This document shows positions 22,257 to 33,263 of a DNA stretch of 64,000 nt, piece after piece. The position numbers and the translations under genes are program-made. The DNA is from Paramoeba atlantica (lineage: Eukaryota; Protista; Discosea): assembly GCA_977017575.1 (NCBI GenBank), contig CDRNVI010000169.1:62001-126000 (forward strand), read 5' to 3'. The first letter of the stretch is position 1. The number at the start of each line of letters is the position of its first letter. The notes beneath the pieces are model-generated. The model did not search any database, was not told where the DNA came from, and worked only from the letters and a program-made list of their open reading frames with translations.

Positions 22257-22672
22257 TTAAGGAGGAAAGGCGAGAGTCACTCTCTTTCCTTTTTTCTCTG
22301 GGCGCTTTTGTACGAGAAATGAAGACGAGAGGTGATGGCAACTGAACACGTGATGACTTTCTTGAACTTTTTGCGTCGTCGTAGAGGAAGGAGAAGAAGA
22401 CGAATTTCTCTTTATGAAAGCTTGAACCTTATTCTCGTCTCTCATCTTGGGCGTGATGATGTGGTTGATGAAGATGAACTCTTCGTCGTTTTATCGGATG
22501 AATGTGAAAATATCGATGCTTGTTGAATGTTATCTCCTGAGAGAGATTCTTGAGAGATTAATCCTTCTTCAAGCCTTGTCTCTTCGAAATCAAAAGATTG
22601 ATTCTCCGTTGAGAATGCCATTTCATGCGTTTCCTCTTGAACCCGCATTTTCATTGAATTGGCCGTCACCAA
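22257..22672 (-). CDS. Possible small Ser-rich uncharacterised protein, seen as two overlapping ORFs offset by one frame
   Basis: ORFs 22442-22672 and 22257-22445 have coding-like composition in an otherwise intergenic gap. No recognisable domain. Confidence 0.3.
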
Positions 22673-23041
22673 AAGATAAATTATTTCATGAATCTAAAAT
22701 TTTTTGGTTTTTTTGTTGTGTGATATGTGTTCACATTTTCCACCCTCTCCTCACTCATTTTTGAAAAATTTTCAAAATTTCAAGGGAAGAGGTACCGAGT
22801 AATGCTGGGTCCTGAAGAAAACCTCCAAGAAGAAATTTCATTTTGTGCGAAAGCAAAAAGTTCCAAAAGTGCCAAACGATTTTGACGATATTTTGATGAA
22901 ATTTTGATGAAATTTAATTTTAATTTCGTGAGATTTTATCGTAGTTTTCACTTTCTTGTTTTTTGCGTTTTTGCCCAACGGCACACTCACACTTTTCACA
23001 AATTCTTCATCTATTGAATCCCAAGTTTCTCAAAAAACATC

Positions 23042-23812
23042 ATGTCTCGTCGTTTTCTTGTTGCGGTCGATAATTCCGAAAATGCTGAGTGGGCGTTGAA
23101 TTATGCGTTATCGGCAATGGACAAACACCTTGACCACCTTCACTTAATCACTGTCAGAGATCCTGAATCCGCTGCTGTTTACACAATGCACGTTCCTTAC
23201 ACCTATGATATTGTTGGGAAAGTGAACGAGGAAGAAGTTCAACGTTGTAAAAAGCTTCTTCGGGGATTTGCTCGAAAGGCTCATCTTGTCGGAGTGAGTT
23301 TTTCTTTTTTTTTTTGCAACTTGCAAGTTGCACACACACACACAACGCATACTAAAATCTTTTGTTTGAAACAGATCACAACTCCTTTGTCGATGACAAT
23401 TGGTCGTGGAGATGTTGGCGAAGTTGTTTGCAGTTACATCACTGATCACCAAATTGACTTTCTTGTGATGGGTCGACGGGGAGGATTGGGAGCACTGAAA
23501 CGATTGATTCTCGGTTCCTCCTCCAAATATTGCATTGAAAACGCTGATTGTAATGTTGTCATTGTCAAGCACCCTTTTGGTCCCGAGGAAGTCCACGAAG
23601 CTTCCAAGGAAGCAATCATTGCTGCAGAAGAAGCAGAAAGAGAATGGAGAATTATGGAATACGAAAAGAAGAAAGAACGTGAGGCGAAGGAACAAGAAGA
23701 GGAATCAAAGAAGGATCTTGAGCTGGTGAAGAAGTTAGAGGAAGAAGAGAGAGAAAGAAGAGAGAAGGAAGAGAAACACCATGGCAGAAGTGTTTCAGGG
23801 CGCGGAGATTAA
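23042..23812 (+). CDS. Universal stress protein (UspA family) with a C-terminal charged coiled coil; intron 23294-23374
   Basis: RFLVAVDNSENAEWAL; GDVGEVVC; IDFLVMGRRGGLGALKRLILGSSSKYCIENADCNVVIVK. GTGAGT...ACAG intron. Confidence 0.93.
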   Translation: MSRRFLVAVDNSENAEWALNYALSAMDKHLDHLHLITVRDPESAAVYTMHVPYTYDIVGKVNEEEVQRCKKLLRGFARKAHLVGVSFSFFFCNLQVAHTHTTHTKIFCLKQITTPLSMTIGRGDVGEVVCSYITDHQIDFLVMGRRGGLGALKRLILGSSSKYCIENADCNVVIVKHPFGPEEVHEASKEAIIAAEEAEREWRIMEYEKKKEREAKEQEEESKKDLELVKKLEEEERERREKEEKHHGRSVSGRGD

Positions 23813-23889
23813 TTAATAATTAATCCAAAATATCTTTTTTTTTTTTGTGGGAAGGAGGAGGGAGGAGAGGGAGAAAAAAAAAAATAAAT

Positions 23890-25256
23890 ATTTATTTTTC
23901 TGGAAAATCTCTTCTGTGTCTGAGACAACCAACAACAAATAATGTATACTGACTAACTTGAAGTGCTTCACACTCACTTTTTTAAAAAAGGAGCAACTTC
24001 GACATCGTAATAGTATGTGTCAGGAAAACATTTTCGATAATCAATCACAATTTCGTCTCCTTCCTGTGTTTTTGTGTGTGTTCATTTTTTCTTTTGAAAA
24101 CAAACAAAAAAAAAACAGTTTCCAAAAAACCTTAATATCAGTGAGAGCTTCCCACTCATTCCATTCATCAATGTACTCTCCTTTTTGACGTCGAACAAGA
24201 ATACAGGTTTCATGATGGTTTTTTCCTTCTTAGTTTTTGAGAGAAAATACATTAAAATGAAAACCAAAAAATATGCAGGAGGGGGGGGGATCCACACATA
24301 TGAAAAGATTTGAAAATCAATTTAAGAAGTCTCAAAAGTTAAAAGGGGAAAAAAGGAAATCAAACCCTTCCCCTCTTCCTCTGTTAATCCGCAAGTGCAA
24401 GAGTTATACAGCAAACTGTGAAGATTTGGAGTCCCAGAATGGTTCAGAAACTCAACTAATGTTAATGAATTTAATCCGTGAAGTGGAAGAGTTTGTGTCC
24501 CATCTTTTGTTCTGTATGAGATTTTTATTATTAGGAGGTAGGGAAAGGAGAAGAAGGAGAGCAGAGGAAAATCTGAGACGAAGGAGAAGAAAAAGAAATG
24601 AGCAAAACCGAAAATAACGAGTTCGAAGGGCTCTGTGTACTGATGGTGGTATATGAGCCAATTCTTCCTTGAAAAGAATTATCAATTTCAGAAAACAATT
24701 TTTTGAATCTTTTCTTCTTTTGAAAGAAGTGAAAAAAAAAGAGAGAAAAAAAAAAACAAAAAACCTGGGAAGCTTCAACAACATCTTCGTATTCACGAAA
24801 AGAAGAGACACTTTCTTTCAATAAAAGAGTTTCATTTACAATGATTGGCCTTTCTCCTAATAATGGAATTCTTGTCCCTGCTTTGATATCCTTTGAAAAC
24901 CCAAAAAAAAGGGGGAAAGAATGAAAAATGTTAGTTAGAAAGAGCCAAATAAAAGGGAAAAAAAAAGGAGAGAAAAAGGATGAAAGAAAGAAGGAGGAGA
25001 AAGAACTTGAATAGCGAAGACACCAACACCATGAATCTTTGAAGGACGAAGAGTACAACAAGAATAAACATTTGTTAAACGAGTCAAAGCAACAGTTTTC
25101 ATCTCTTGGGGTGTTTTGGAGGCCAGATAAGTCACATTTCGAGCTGCTTCTCCTTGTTCATTCTCTGTGGATAAATTGGTGATAAATTTTCTGAGAAATG
25201 AGAAAAAAGGAAAGGCATTGTGAAGAGAAAATACCCAGAGGAGAAGAGACCGACAT
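23890..25256 (-). CDS. SET-domain protein (small, putative protein lysine methyltransferase)
   Basis: LRPSKIHGVGVFAIQ|DIKAGT; VEFLNHSGTPNL; EALTDIK|EGDEIVIDY. Start and stop positions are approximate. Confidence 0.82.
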
Positions 25257-25455
25257 GACAAATCGTTTTTCCAAAAAAAAAAACAAGCAAAAACAAGAAC
25301 CAAAAAAAACAAAAAAAAAAAAAAAAAACAAGCAAAACAGTGAAAACACTGAGATGCTGGCGCTGAAGCGATTTGTGGAACCTTAAACAAATTATTTTTC
25401 TCAGAATAATTTTTCAGTCTCCAAAATGAAACTATTTAAAAAAGAAAATGGGTTT

Positions 25456-26021
25456 TTATTCAGAGGTGAACTCCGACATACAAAGCGGAACACACTCGAA
25501 AGGGTTGGCGGGATCTCCCATTTGGATGTCCAACTCAGAACTCTCTTGAAACCTGGCACAGCAAGGGCAACAGGCATAAGTGACGCAATCTTCAGCATCA
25601 GTTCCGTTGATACTATATTTTTCACGGATAAGACCTCTCAAACGAACAGGTGCAAAGGCCCCTCCTCCATAACACCAGAACGCAACACCACCTGTTATTT
25701 TTTTTTTTGAGAAACACAAAACACCCCTTCACAAGTCAAGAAAAATGAGAAAGTATTACCCATAAAACAACTTCCTAATCCCATTCGTTGATAATCAATT
25801 CCGAAAGTAACACATGGGCAAAAGCATGTGAAACAACCTATCCAGATACCGGTGAGTCTTCAGAACGGGAAAAAGAAAAAAAGCAGCGGACACAAACCCT
25901 GCAATGGATTTCCAATACATCCTTGAATACAAGCGCAAGTTTTGTGCTTCCATGGGTTCTTGTTTGCAACTGTTTTGGTGGAAGTCGCGTGGGTAGATTG
26001 AGAATCAGGTAACTCGGCCAT
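25456..26021 (-). CDS. PLAC8/cornifelin-family cysteine-rich protein
   Basis: PWKHKTCAC; GCFTCFCPCVTFG; LRGLIREKYSINGTDAEDCVTYACCPCCARFQESSEL. Confidence 0.9.
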
Positions 26022-26357
26022 ATCGTTTGAAGAGAAAGAAAAGTGAAAAAGAGAGCGAGTCGACAGGCAAAAGACGGAAAGGTGGGTTCGCAAAAAAAAA
26101 AAACCGCAAAAAAAAAAAAGAATTCTCGGTTTCGCCAAAAAAAATGTCACCCTTTTCAGTTCCATATTTGGTACAATTCCTATAAACGGTTTTTCAAAAA
26201 ACTGTCGGGTAAGGCTTTGTTTTGGTACCTTTTAAAAACTTATTTGGGTTTTTTGTGGGTTTAATTTTTTGGGGGTTTGAAAAGATTTTTTTTTCGTTTT
26301 TTTGTGTTTGTGGAGTCTTTTTGTTTTCTTTTTCGAGATTTCTCTCGAAAAGAAAAA

Positions 26358-29300
26358 ATGATGTCGTTGAGATTGTGGTTTTTTATTTTCTTTTTTCTTT
26401 TTTCCCTTTTCTTTTCTTTTAAAAATACTTTTTTGTTTCATTTTTTTTCCAAACCAAAATTTTGTGTTCACTATTCTTTTTTTTTTTTTCTGAAACAACC
26501 TTTTTTCTTTGTCTCTTTCTTTTCCAAACAAAAAGTCAACGATTCAAACTTCCACCAACCGCTCCGTCTTCTTTTCGTTCTCTCTCTTCTCTCTCTTCTC
26601 TCTCTCCTCTCTCTTCTCTCTCTTCTCTCTCTTCTCTCTCTTCCTCTCATTCTTTGACAAAATTATCAAGAAGAGGAGAACTCTTCCCTCTCTCTTCTTC
26701 TTCTTCTCTTTCTTTCTCTCAGAATTTTTTGCATTCTTCTTCGATTGTAAGAGATGTGAGTGATTCTTCTTCTTCTTCTTCTTTTCCTTCTTCTTCTTCT
26801 TCTTCTTTTCCTTCTTCTTCTCCTTCTTCTGATGGTGTTGATGAAGTCTCTTCTGGAAAAGTATTTCTTTTACTTTTACTTTTTTCTTTTTTTTTTAATG
26901 TTTTTTTTTTGAATAGTCATTTTGAAAAAATATTTTAAAATAATGAGAAATAAATATTGTCAAAAAGAAAAGAGAAAAAGAGAATTCATATAAGATTATC
27001 AAAAATGTTTCAAAGAATTATTTTCTTTTTTTTTGAGATTTATAAAATTAAAACTTTTTATTCTTGAAATCTTGAGTTGAAAGAAATTTACAATCGTAAC
27101 AACCATAAAGAAGAAAGACTAATGAAGAATAATAAAAAAATAAAAATAAAATAAAAATAAAATAAAAATAAAATAAAAATAAAACAAAAATAAAAATAAA
27201 ATAAATAAAATAAATAAAATAAATAAAATAAATAAATAAAATAAAAATAGGTTGTTGTGGATGGGGAACTTGTTGATGTTGGTTCTCTTTCTGAGACAAT
27301 CTCTCAAGAGGTTTTCTTCTTTTTTTCTTCTTTTCTTTTTTTCTTCTTTTCTTTTTTCTTTTCTTTTTTCTTCTCTTTTTTCTTCTTTTCTTTTTTCTTT
27401 TTTTTCTTTTTTCTTTTTTTCTTTTTCTTCTTTTTCTTCTTTTCTTTTCTCTTTTTCTTTTCTCTCTAATAACAAAAAAAGATGGGAGAAGTTGTAAAAG
27501 AAAGCCATTGGTACAGCGCCCCCATTAATTTTATGGAGGTTTTATTTTCTTTTTTTTTTTCCTTTTTCCTTTTTCCTTTTCTTTTCTTTTCTCTTTCTTT
27601 TTTCATTCTTCTTCTCTCTCTCTTTTCTCTCTTTCTTCTTTTTCCTCTTTCTCTCATCCATCCTTTTCTCTTTTATTGATTGATCTTTTCCTCTTCTCCT
27701 CTTCTCTTCTTCTCTTCTTCTCTTCTTCTCCTCTTCTCCTCTTCTCCTCTTCTTTTAGGATCTCATGTTATGGACCCATGATTTGGGTATTCCTTGGTGG
27801 GCAGGTTCATATTCTTTTTCTCTTCTTTCTCTCCTCTCTCTCTCTTTTCTCTCTTTTCTCTCTTCACTCTCTTCTCCTTTCTCTCTTCATTCTCTTCACT
27901 CTCTTCACTCTCCTTTCTCTCCTTTCTTTCTCCTCCTTTGTCCTTCTTCTTCTCTCTCCCTCTCTCTCTTTTTCCTCTTTTCTAAATTTTTTTAAAAAAA
28001 ACAGCAATTGGCGTTGTCACAGCAGCATTCAGGTTTTAGACTAATTTTCATTGAATTTTCATTGAATTTTCATTTCTTTTATTTAAAATCACATTAAATA
28101 AATAAAGAAACATTAAATAAATAAATAAAAAAAAAAATAAATAAAATCAGATTAAATCAAATTTTAAAAAAAATCATTTTTGAGGTTAATCGTTTTTCCT
28201 GTGACGATTTCTTCAGCGAAAAATTCAGCAAAATTGAGGGAAGTTCAGCCACAGATTGCCCAACTTCGAAAGGATTATAATCAGAAATTGGTTTTTTTTT
28301 TTTGATTTATTTTATTGTTTATTTATTTATTATTATTTATTATTTTGTTTTTTTTTATTATTGTTTTTTATTTTCGATTTTGGTTTTTCTTTTTGTTTGA
28401 TTTGGATTTTTATTAAAAAGAAAATATAAAATTAAAAGAAATTAAAAAAATTAAATTCTTAAAAAAAATGTTTTCAATTCAAGATTGGACATGAAGAATT
28501 TAATAATGAAGTGGCAAAATTAACAAAAAAACATAATGTTTCTATGTTTCGTCCTTTTCTTGCTCCTCTTTGTCAGGTCTCTTTCTTTTTTTTCTCTCTC
28601 TCTCTTCTCTTTCTCTTTTTTTTCCCTTCTTTTTTTCTCTTCTCACACAATACCGCTTCTTTTCTTCCTTCTCTCCTCTCTTTCTTTCTCTTTTTCAATC
28701 ACAGCTCCCTTTGTTTATTACATTTTATTTATCATTGAGAGAAATGGCCATAAATATTCCCTCTTTTCATGAGGGTGGTATCCTTTGGTTTCTCGGTTCT
28801 CTTTCTTTCTCTTCTCTTCTCTTCTTCTTTCTTCTTTCTTTCTCTTCTCTCTTTCTTTCTTCTTTCTTTCACACTTTCTCCTTCTTCTTCTTTCTCTTTC
28901 TCACAACAATTTGAATAGATTTGGCAGTCCCAGATACATATTTGTATCGATTACCAATTCTTGCTGCTTTCTCCACTTTTATGACAATGGAGGTTCCCTT
29001 TCTCTTTTCTTCTCTTTCTTTCTTTCTTAAGGGTTTAGGGTTTAGGGTCTAAACCCTTCTCGTCTTTTTCATCCTTCTCTCTCTCTCTCTTTCTCTTTCT
29101 AATTTGATTTTTAGTACTCATTTCGAAAACAAACTGCACCCATTCCGGTCAATTTTCTCTCCTTTCTCTCTCTTTTTTTCATTCCAATTCCCATTTTTCT
29201 TTTTTCAATTATATCGATATTAAAAACATTCAAAATGAATTAAATAAAAATGAATCTCAATCAAAAATATTAATAAAAGAAATAATAATAAAAATAAATG

Positions 29301-29952
29301 AATAATGAATAATGAATAATAAGATAAGAATAATAAATTGATATAAGAATAAGAATAAGAATAATTAATAATAATTAATAATAATAATAATAATAATAAA
29401 AATAGTTGGCAGCAAAATATGTAATGAGAGGGTTTCCTCTTCTTATTCTTCCGATGACAGCGAGTTTTCCTCAAGCAATCCATCTTTATTGGGTTTATTC
29501 TGCTTGGTTTTCTTTTGGTCAAGCTTTTTTGATGCATAATAAGTTTCTTTTTCTTTTTCTTTTAATTTCTTTTTCTTTTTCTTTTTCTTTTTCTTTTTTT
29601 TTCTTTTTCTTTCTCTTTTTTGCTTTTTCTTTCCTCTCTTCTTCTCCTCGTCTCTTCTCTTTTTTCTCAATTCTTTTCGTGAATAGGAAATTTAAAACAA
29701 TGGTCAATATCCCTGACATTGCTCCTCCACCAACATCAACAACAACAGGTAAACTTTCTCTCTATTATTTCCTCCTTTTTTCTCTTTTTTTCTCTTTCTC
29801 TTCTCCTTTTTCTTTTCTTTTCTTTTCTTTTTGTCTTCTCTTTTTTGAACATTCTCCTCTCAAAAGGTGAAGAGAAAAAGACTCGATATGCCTATGATGT
29901 AACAAAACTCTCTCGTCGTGGAAAAAGAAAAAGAAAGACTGATGATGAGTAA
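26358..29952 (+). CDS. Mitochondrial Oxa1/Cox18 (YidC/Oxa1/Alb3 family) membrane insertase
   Basis: Ser/Arg-rich presequence MMSLRLC|QRFKLPP; HDLGIPWW|AIGVVTAAFR|LIVFPVTISS; MFRPFLAPLCQ|LPLFITFYLSLREM; EGGILWF|DLAVPDT; PQAIHLYWVYSAWFSFGQ; basic tail, stop at 29952. Confidence 0.9.
29028..29057 (+). repeat. Short TTTAGGG telomere-like repeat with an inverted copy, inside an Oxa1 intron
   Basis: AGGGTTTAGGGTTTAGGGTCTAAACCCT. Confidence 0.6.
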
Positions 29953-30098
29953 AGGAGGAAAAAAGAGGAAAGAAAGAAAGAAAAGAAAAGAAAGAAAAGA
30001 AAAAAAAAGAAAGAGATGAAAAAAAAAAAGCGAATAATAATAATAATTCCATTTACAAAATTTCATTTATAATACAAAATTTAATAATTCGTTTTTTG

Positions 30099-31991
30099 TT
30101 ATTCATCCCACTGATTTGAAAGAGAGACAGAAGAAGAAGAAGAAGGAAGAGAAGAGCCCAAAGCATTTGAAAAAAGTTGAAGTTTCTCTCTCAAAATTTC
30201 TTGATCTCTTGCAGAAGAATGTCGAGAAGGTTGAAAATAAGAAGGAGTTTCCAAAAGATGCAAAGAAATTTGTCGAAGAGAATGAAGATCAAATTCCGAA
30301 ACAATATCTCCTTCTTTTTGTTGGCTTGTTGTTGTTGTTAATACAGGAAAACCGTAAAGAAATTTGCCTCTTTCAATAACTTGAGAACAAAAACGATCAT
30401 AAGCAGGATAGAGATCAAGAAGAACTTCATTAAGAAGACAAGACTCTTCCGAAAACTTTGATTTCCCACACAATTTCATCAAAAATCGGCCAATTAAAAC
30501 CATTCCTTCTTTGGCAACAGTCATACCATCTTTTCCTTTTGAGAAATAAGCTTGAAAAGAAGAAAGACGAAGAGAAATAAGACGAGGAACGAGCATTCGA
30601 AGAAAGTAAAGAGATCCCACAGTCCAATTTTCGACAAAATTGGTATCAAAAGAAGAGAGATAACTTGAATTTCGAGATGGATCCTCCTTCTTCAATTCAA
30701 TGACTTCAGAAACAATAGAAAACGTTTTGTGGACCAAAACACTGAGAAAAGATGGCATCTTTTGGGTGTCCAAGAGGCCTCGAAATGTTTTACTCAACTT
30801 TGTCTTTAATTTTTCTCTTCGATGGTCACTCTTTGGGGATGCTCTTTCATCTTTTGGGGCGGTCAATAATCTAATCTGTCGTCTCGAAAGCTTGCCAACA
30901 AGTCGAATAATCGGAAGAACAATCTCATCCAAATTGAGCTGAGCTTGCATGATATGTTGAAGTACACTCACGCTCACTGATCTCTCTCTCATCACTGTGG
31001 CCAAATTGTCTTGTTCAATAACTTCAGATCTCAAACTCTCCAAGAAGAGAGATTGAGGATCACCATGCAATGCAATCACTTTGGAAATTAAAGACTCGGA
31101 GATAGGAATTGGTGGGGGGGGTGAGTCAGAAGTAGATCGTGGTTGTTGCGGAGAGAAAGAAGGAGAAGAAGATGTTGCTGAACTTTCTTCCCTTGGAGAA
31201 TAAACCAATCGTGAGGAATTGAGTCGCTGAGAACGGTTTGGAGAAGAAGGAGTCGATTTGGCCAAAATAAAAGAGATAAGTGCTCGAGCTGAGCAGTCAT
31301 GCTCGGTTTGGAGTAACTGCAAAAGAGAATCATATTTTATCTTGGATGGTTGATGATTCTTTCTCAAATCTCTCGGAATCTTTCGTGGAGATGTCAATAA
31401 ACTCGAGATGACTGCCGAACCCGTTTTCGAAACCCTCGAACCCTTTCTTGCTTTACCAACAGAAGAAACAAACATTTCTCTTGGATTCTTCCTCGAGAAT
31501 TTGGGACCTTCGCAATACATTGTTGGTGGCAACATTTTTCCTTTCGGAGATTGAAGTGTTGGGGATCCAGCTCTCTTTGGATGTACAATAGGAGAGATAC
31601 TCGCCACAGGTTCCTCTGCGGTAAAGGCAAATTGAGAAGGGATTCTGGGGCGGAGTGATGCTGGTCTTGATAAGACTGCACTTCCTCTTTTCTGTTTTAT
31701 GGGGGTGAGAGAGGCAGGGGTCTCAGATGAAGAGAATGAATCCGGAGGAAACACACACCCGCCAGAGCCAGTGAGGAAAGAAGGGGAATCGAGTTGTTTG
31801 GAGAGTTGAGGAGATAATACTTTACGAGAGAATTTTGATTCTTCTTGAGAATCCAGACGAGCAGGAGAAGAATGAAGGGAAGTCATTGGTTTGCTTACCA
31901 AAAATATTTTATCCCTCAGAGATGCCGATCGTCGCCTCTTTTCGTGAGCAAAGGGAAGAGGTTTTCCCGGTGTTGATGTCAAGTCACCCAT
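30099..31991 (-). CDS. Intronless RasGAP-domain protein with a Ser/Pro-rich N-terminus
   Basis: Single 630-codon ORF from MGDLTS (31991). Arg-finger-like TVMRERS; signature VGSLYFLRMLVPRLIS resembling VSGFIFLRFFCPAI; LIGRFLMKLCGKSKFSEE...LNEVL. Confidence 0.78.
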   Translation of the reverse strand: MGDLTSTPGKPLPFAHEKRRRSASLRDKIFLVSKPMTSLHSSPARLDSQEESKFSRKVLSPQLSKQLDSPSFLTGSGGCVFPPDSFSSSETPASLTPIKQKRGSAVLSRPASLRPRIPSQFAFTAEEPVASISPIVHPKRAGSPTLQSPKGKMLPPTMYCEGPKFSRKNPREMFVSSVGKARKGSRVSKTGSAVISSLLTSPRKIPRDLRKNHQPSKIKYDSLLQLLQTEHDCSARALISFILAKSTPSSPNRSQRLNSSRLVYSPREESSATSSSPSFSPQQPRSTSDSPPPPIPISESLISKVIALHGDPQSLFLESLRSEVIEQDNLATVMRERSVSVSVLQHIMQAQLNLDEIVLPIIRLVGKLSRRQIRLLTAPKDERASPKSDHRREKLKTKLSKTFRGLLDTQKMPSFLSVLVHKTFSIVSEVIELKKEDPSRNSSYLSSFDTNFVENWTVGSLYFLRMLVPRLISLRLSSFQAYFSKGKDGMTVAKEGMVLIGRFLMKLCGKSKFSEESCLLNEVLLDLYPAYDRFCSQVIERGKFLYGFPVLTTTTSQQKEGDIVSEFDLHSLRQISLHLLETPSYFQPSRHSSARDQEILREKLQLFSNALGSSLPSSSSSVSLSNQWDE

Positions 31992-32563
31992 CACAAACAA
32001 AAACACAAGTATCAATCGATAAAAATAAAACTGAAAAAAACAACATCTTTTGAAATAGTTTTCAAAAAAAATTGAACAAAAGACCAAGAAGAGAAGGACG
32101 GATTCTGGGAAAGCGAGAATAATCCAATTTTTTTACAAGTCTTTTTGCAATTACCCCCTATTTTTTGAACAATTGGCCCTATTTTTTGGTCCATTTTTTG
32201 GTAGTTTGGGACTTTTTGTCTGGATTTATTCCTCGAATGTCTTCTCTCGCTGCTCTGTTTCTGAAAAAATGTCTTTGTTCTTCGAAACGAAGAACACGAA
32301 AAGAAAAAAGTGTGTTTTCCTTTTTTGTTTTTTTCATGTTTTGGCTCTTCTTTTTTTGTTCATGAATGCCTCGATCAATAAATTGTGGCACATTTGCAGG
32401 AGTCAGCCTCAAGTACAACTTGTTCGATTCCCAAAAAGTAATGAAAGCAACAGGAACTTTGTTTCTGGTTTTGTTCAACAAATGAAAACTCGCAAATTCA
32501 GAAACAGAGAAAAAAAACTTTATTGTGTGAAACTCAAAAAAAAGAAAAAAAAAAGAGAAAAGA

Positions 32564-32639
32564 GAGAACATGCGGGATTGAACCCTGCAACTCCCCAATT
32601 AAACAATAGTCGGGGATCTAGTTTGGCTATAATGTCCTC
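32564..32639 (-). pseudogene. tRNA-like 76-nt element, copy 1 (degenerate tRNA or tRNA-derived element)
   Basis: 7-bp acceptor stem GAGGACA/TGTTCTC, A-box-like TAGCCAAACTAG, TCCCCGA/TTGGGGA stem with an 11-nt loop, B-box GGTTCAATCC, mismatched T stem. Confidence 0.6.
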
Positions 32640-32735
32640 GAAGAAAAATAGATCATAATTTTCCTTTTGAACCCAACTTTTCGAGGTGTTTCACGGAACA
32701 ATAAAACAAAAAAAAAGCAACAAAAAAAGAAAAGC

Positions 32736-32811
32736 GAGAACATGCGGGATTGAACCCTGCAACTCCCCAATTGATCGATAGTCGGGGATCTAGTTTGACT
32801 ATAATGTCCTC
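32736..32811 (-). pseudogene. tRNA-like 76-nt element, copy 2 (172-bp period)
   Basis: Near-identical to copy 1. The differences are concentrated in the anticodon-equivalent loop (CTATCGATCAA vs CTATTGTTTAA). Confidence 0.6.
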
Positions 32812-32873
32812 GAAGAAAAATAGATCATAATTTTCCTTTTGAACCAAACCCCCCCGCTGGTAAAGTTTGTCGA

Positions 32874-32930
32874 AAAAAGAAGTCGAGTGTCAAAATTATG
32901 GGAGTTGAACCCAAAATCCCATCCCAAGAT
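32874..32930 (-). ncRNA. Partial B-box element sharing its 3' end with the element at 33160-33263
   Basis: GGGTTCAACTCCC followed by ATAATTTTGACACTCGACTTCTTTTTT. Confidence 0.35.
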
Positions 32931-33159
32931 TTTCCCCTTCTTTTTCATTTTCGGAGTTTGGTTTTCCAAAGTTTTTGAAGAGACATAATTTTTGGTGGAA
33001 AAAAGATGAAGGAAAAAGGTTCGACGATTAAAATCCAGCTCTCTTTTAAAAAAATCGATTTTTTTAAAATCCAGCTCAAAAAAATCGGCTCATGAAGAAC
33101 AAAAATAATTATTTTGTCACTCTGCCGCCACAAGAAAAAGTTGAGAAAAAAAAAAAGAA

Positions 33160-33263
33160 GTCGAGTGTCAAATTATGATAGGAATGGGAATCGAACCCAA
33201 GCTCAAAACTTTCGACTTAATGAAAACCCCTGGCCACAGGAAACCCTACCACAGCGGCTCGAC
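33160..33263 (-). ncRNA. Candidate ~104-nt Pol III small RNA or SINE-like element
   Basis: Terminal stem GTCGAG/CTCGAC, B-box GGGTTCGATTCCC, and an oligo-T tract immediately downstream (33145-33156). Confidence 0.45.

Noticed and set aside
26650-29925. TKLSRRG heptapeptide at both ends of Oxa1
   Set aside because: Different codons, both in low-complexity basic regions. Probably coincidence, with no mechanism to propose.
33160-33263. tRNA-Sec (TTTCATT contains TCA)
   Set aside because: No anticodon stem or 9/4 acceptor/T-stem geometry could be built.
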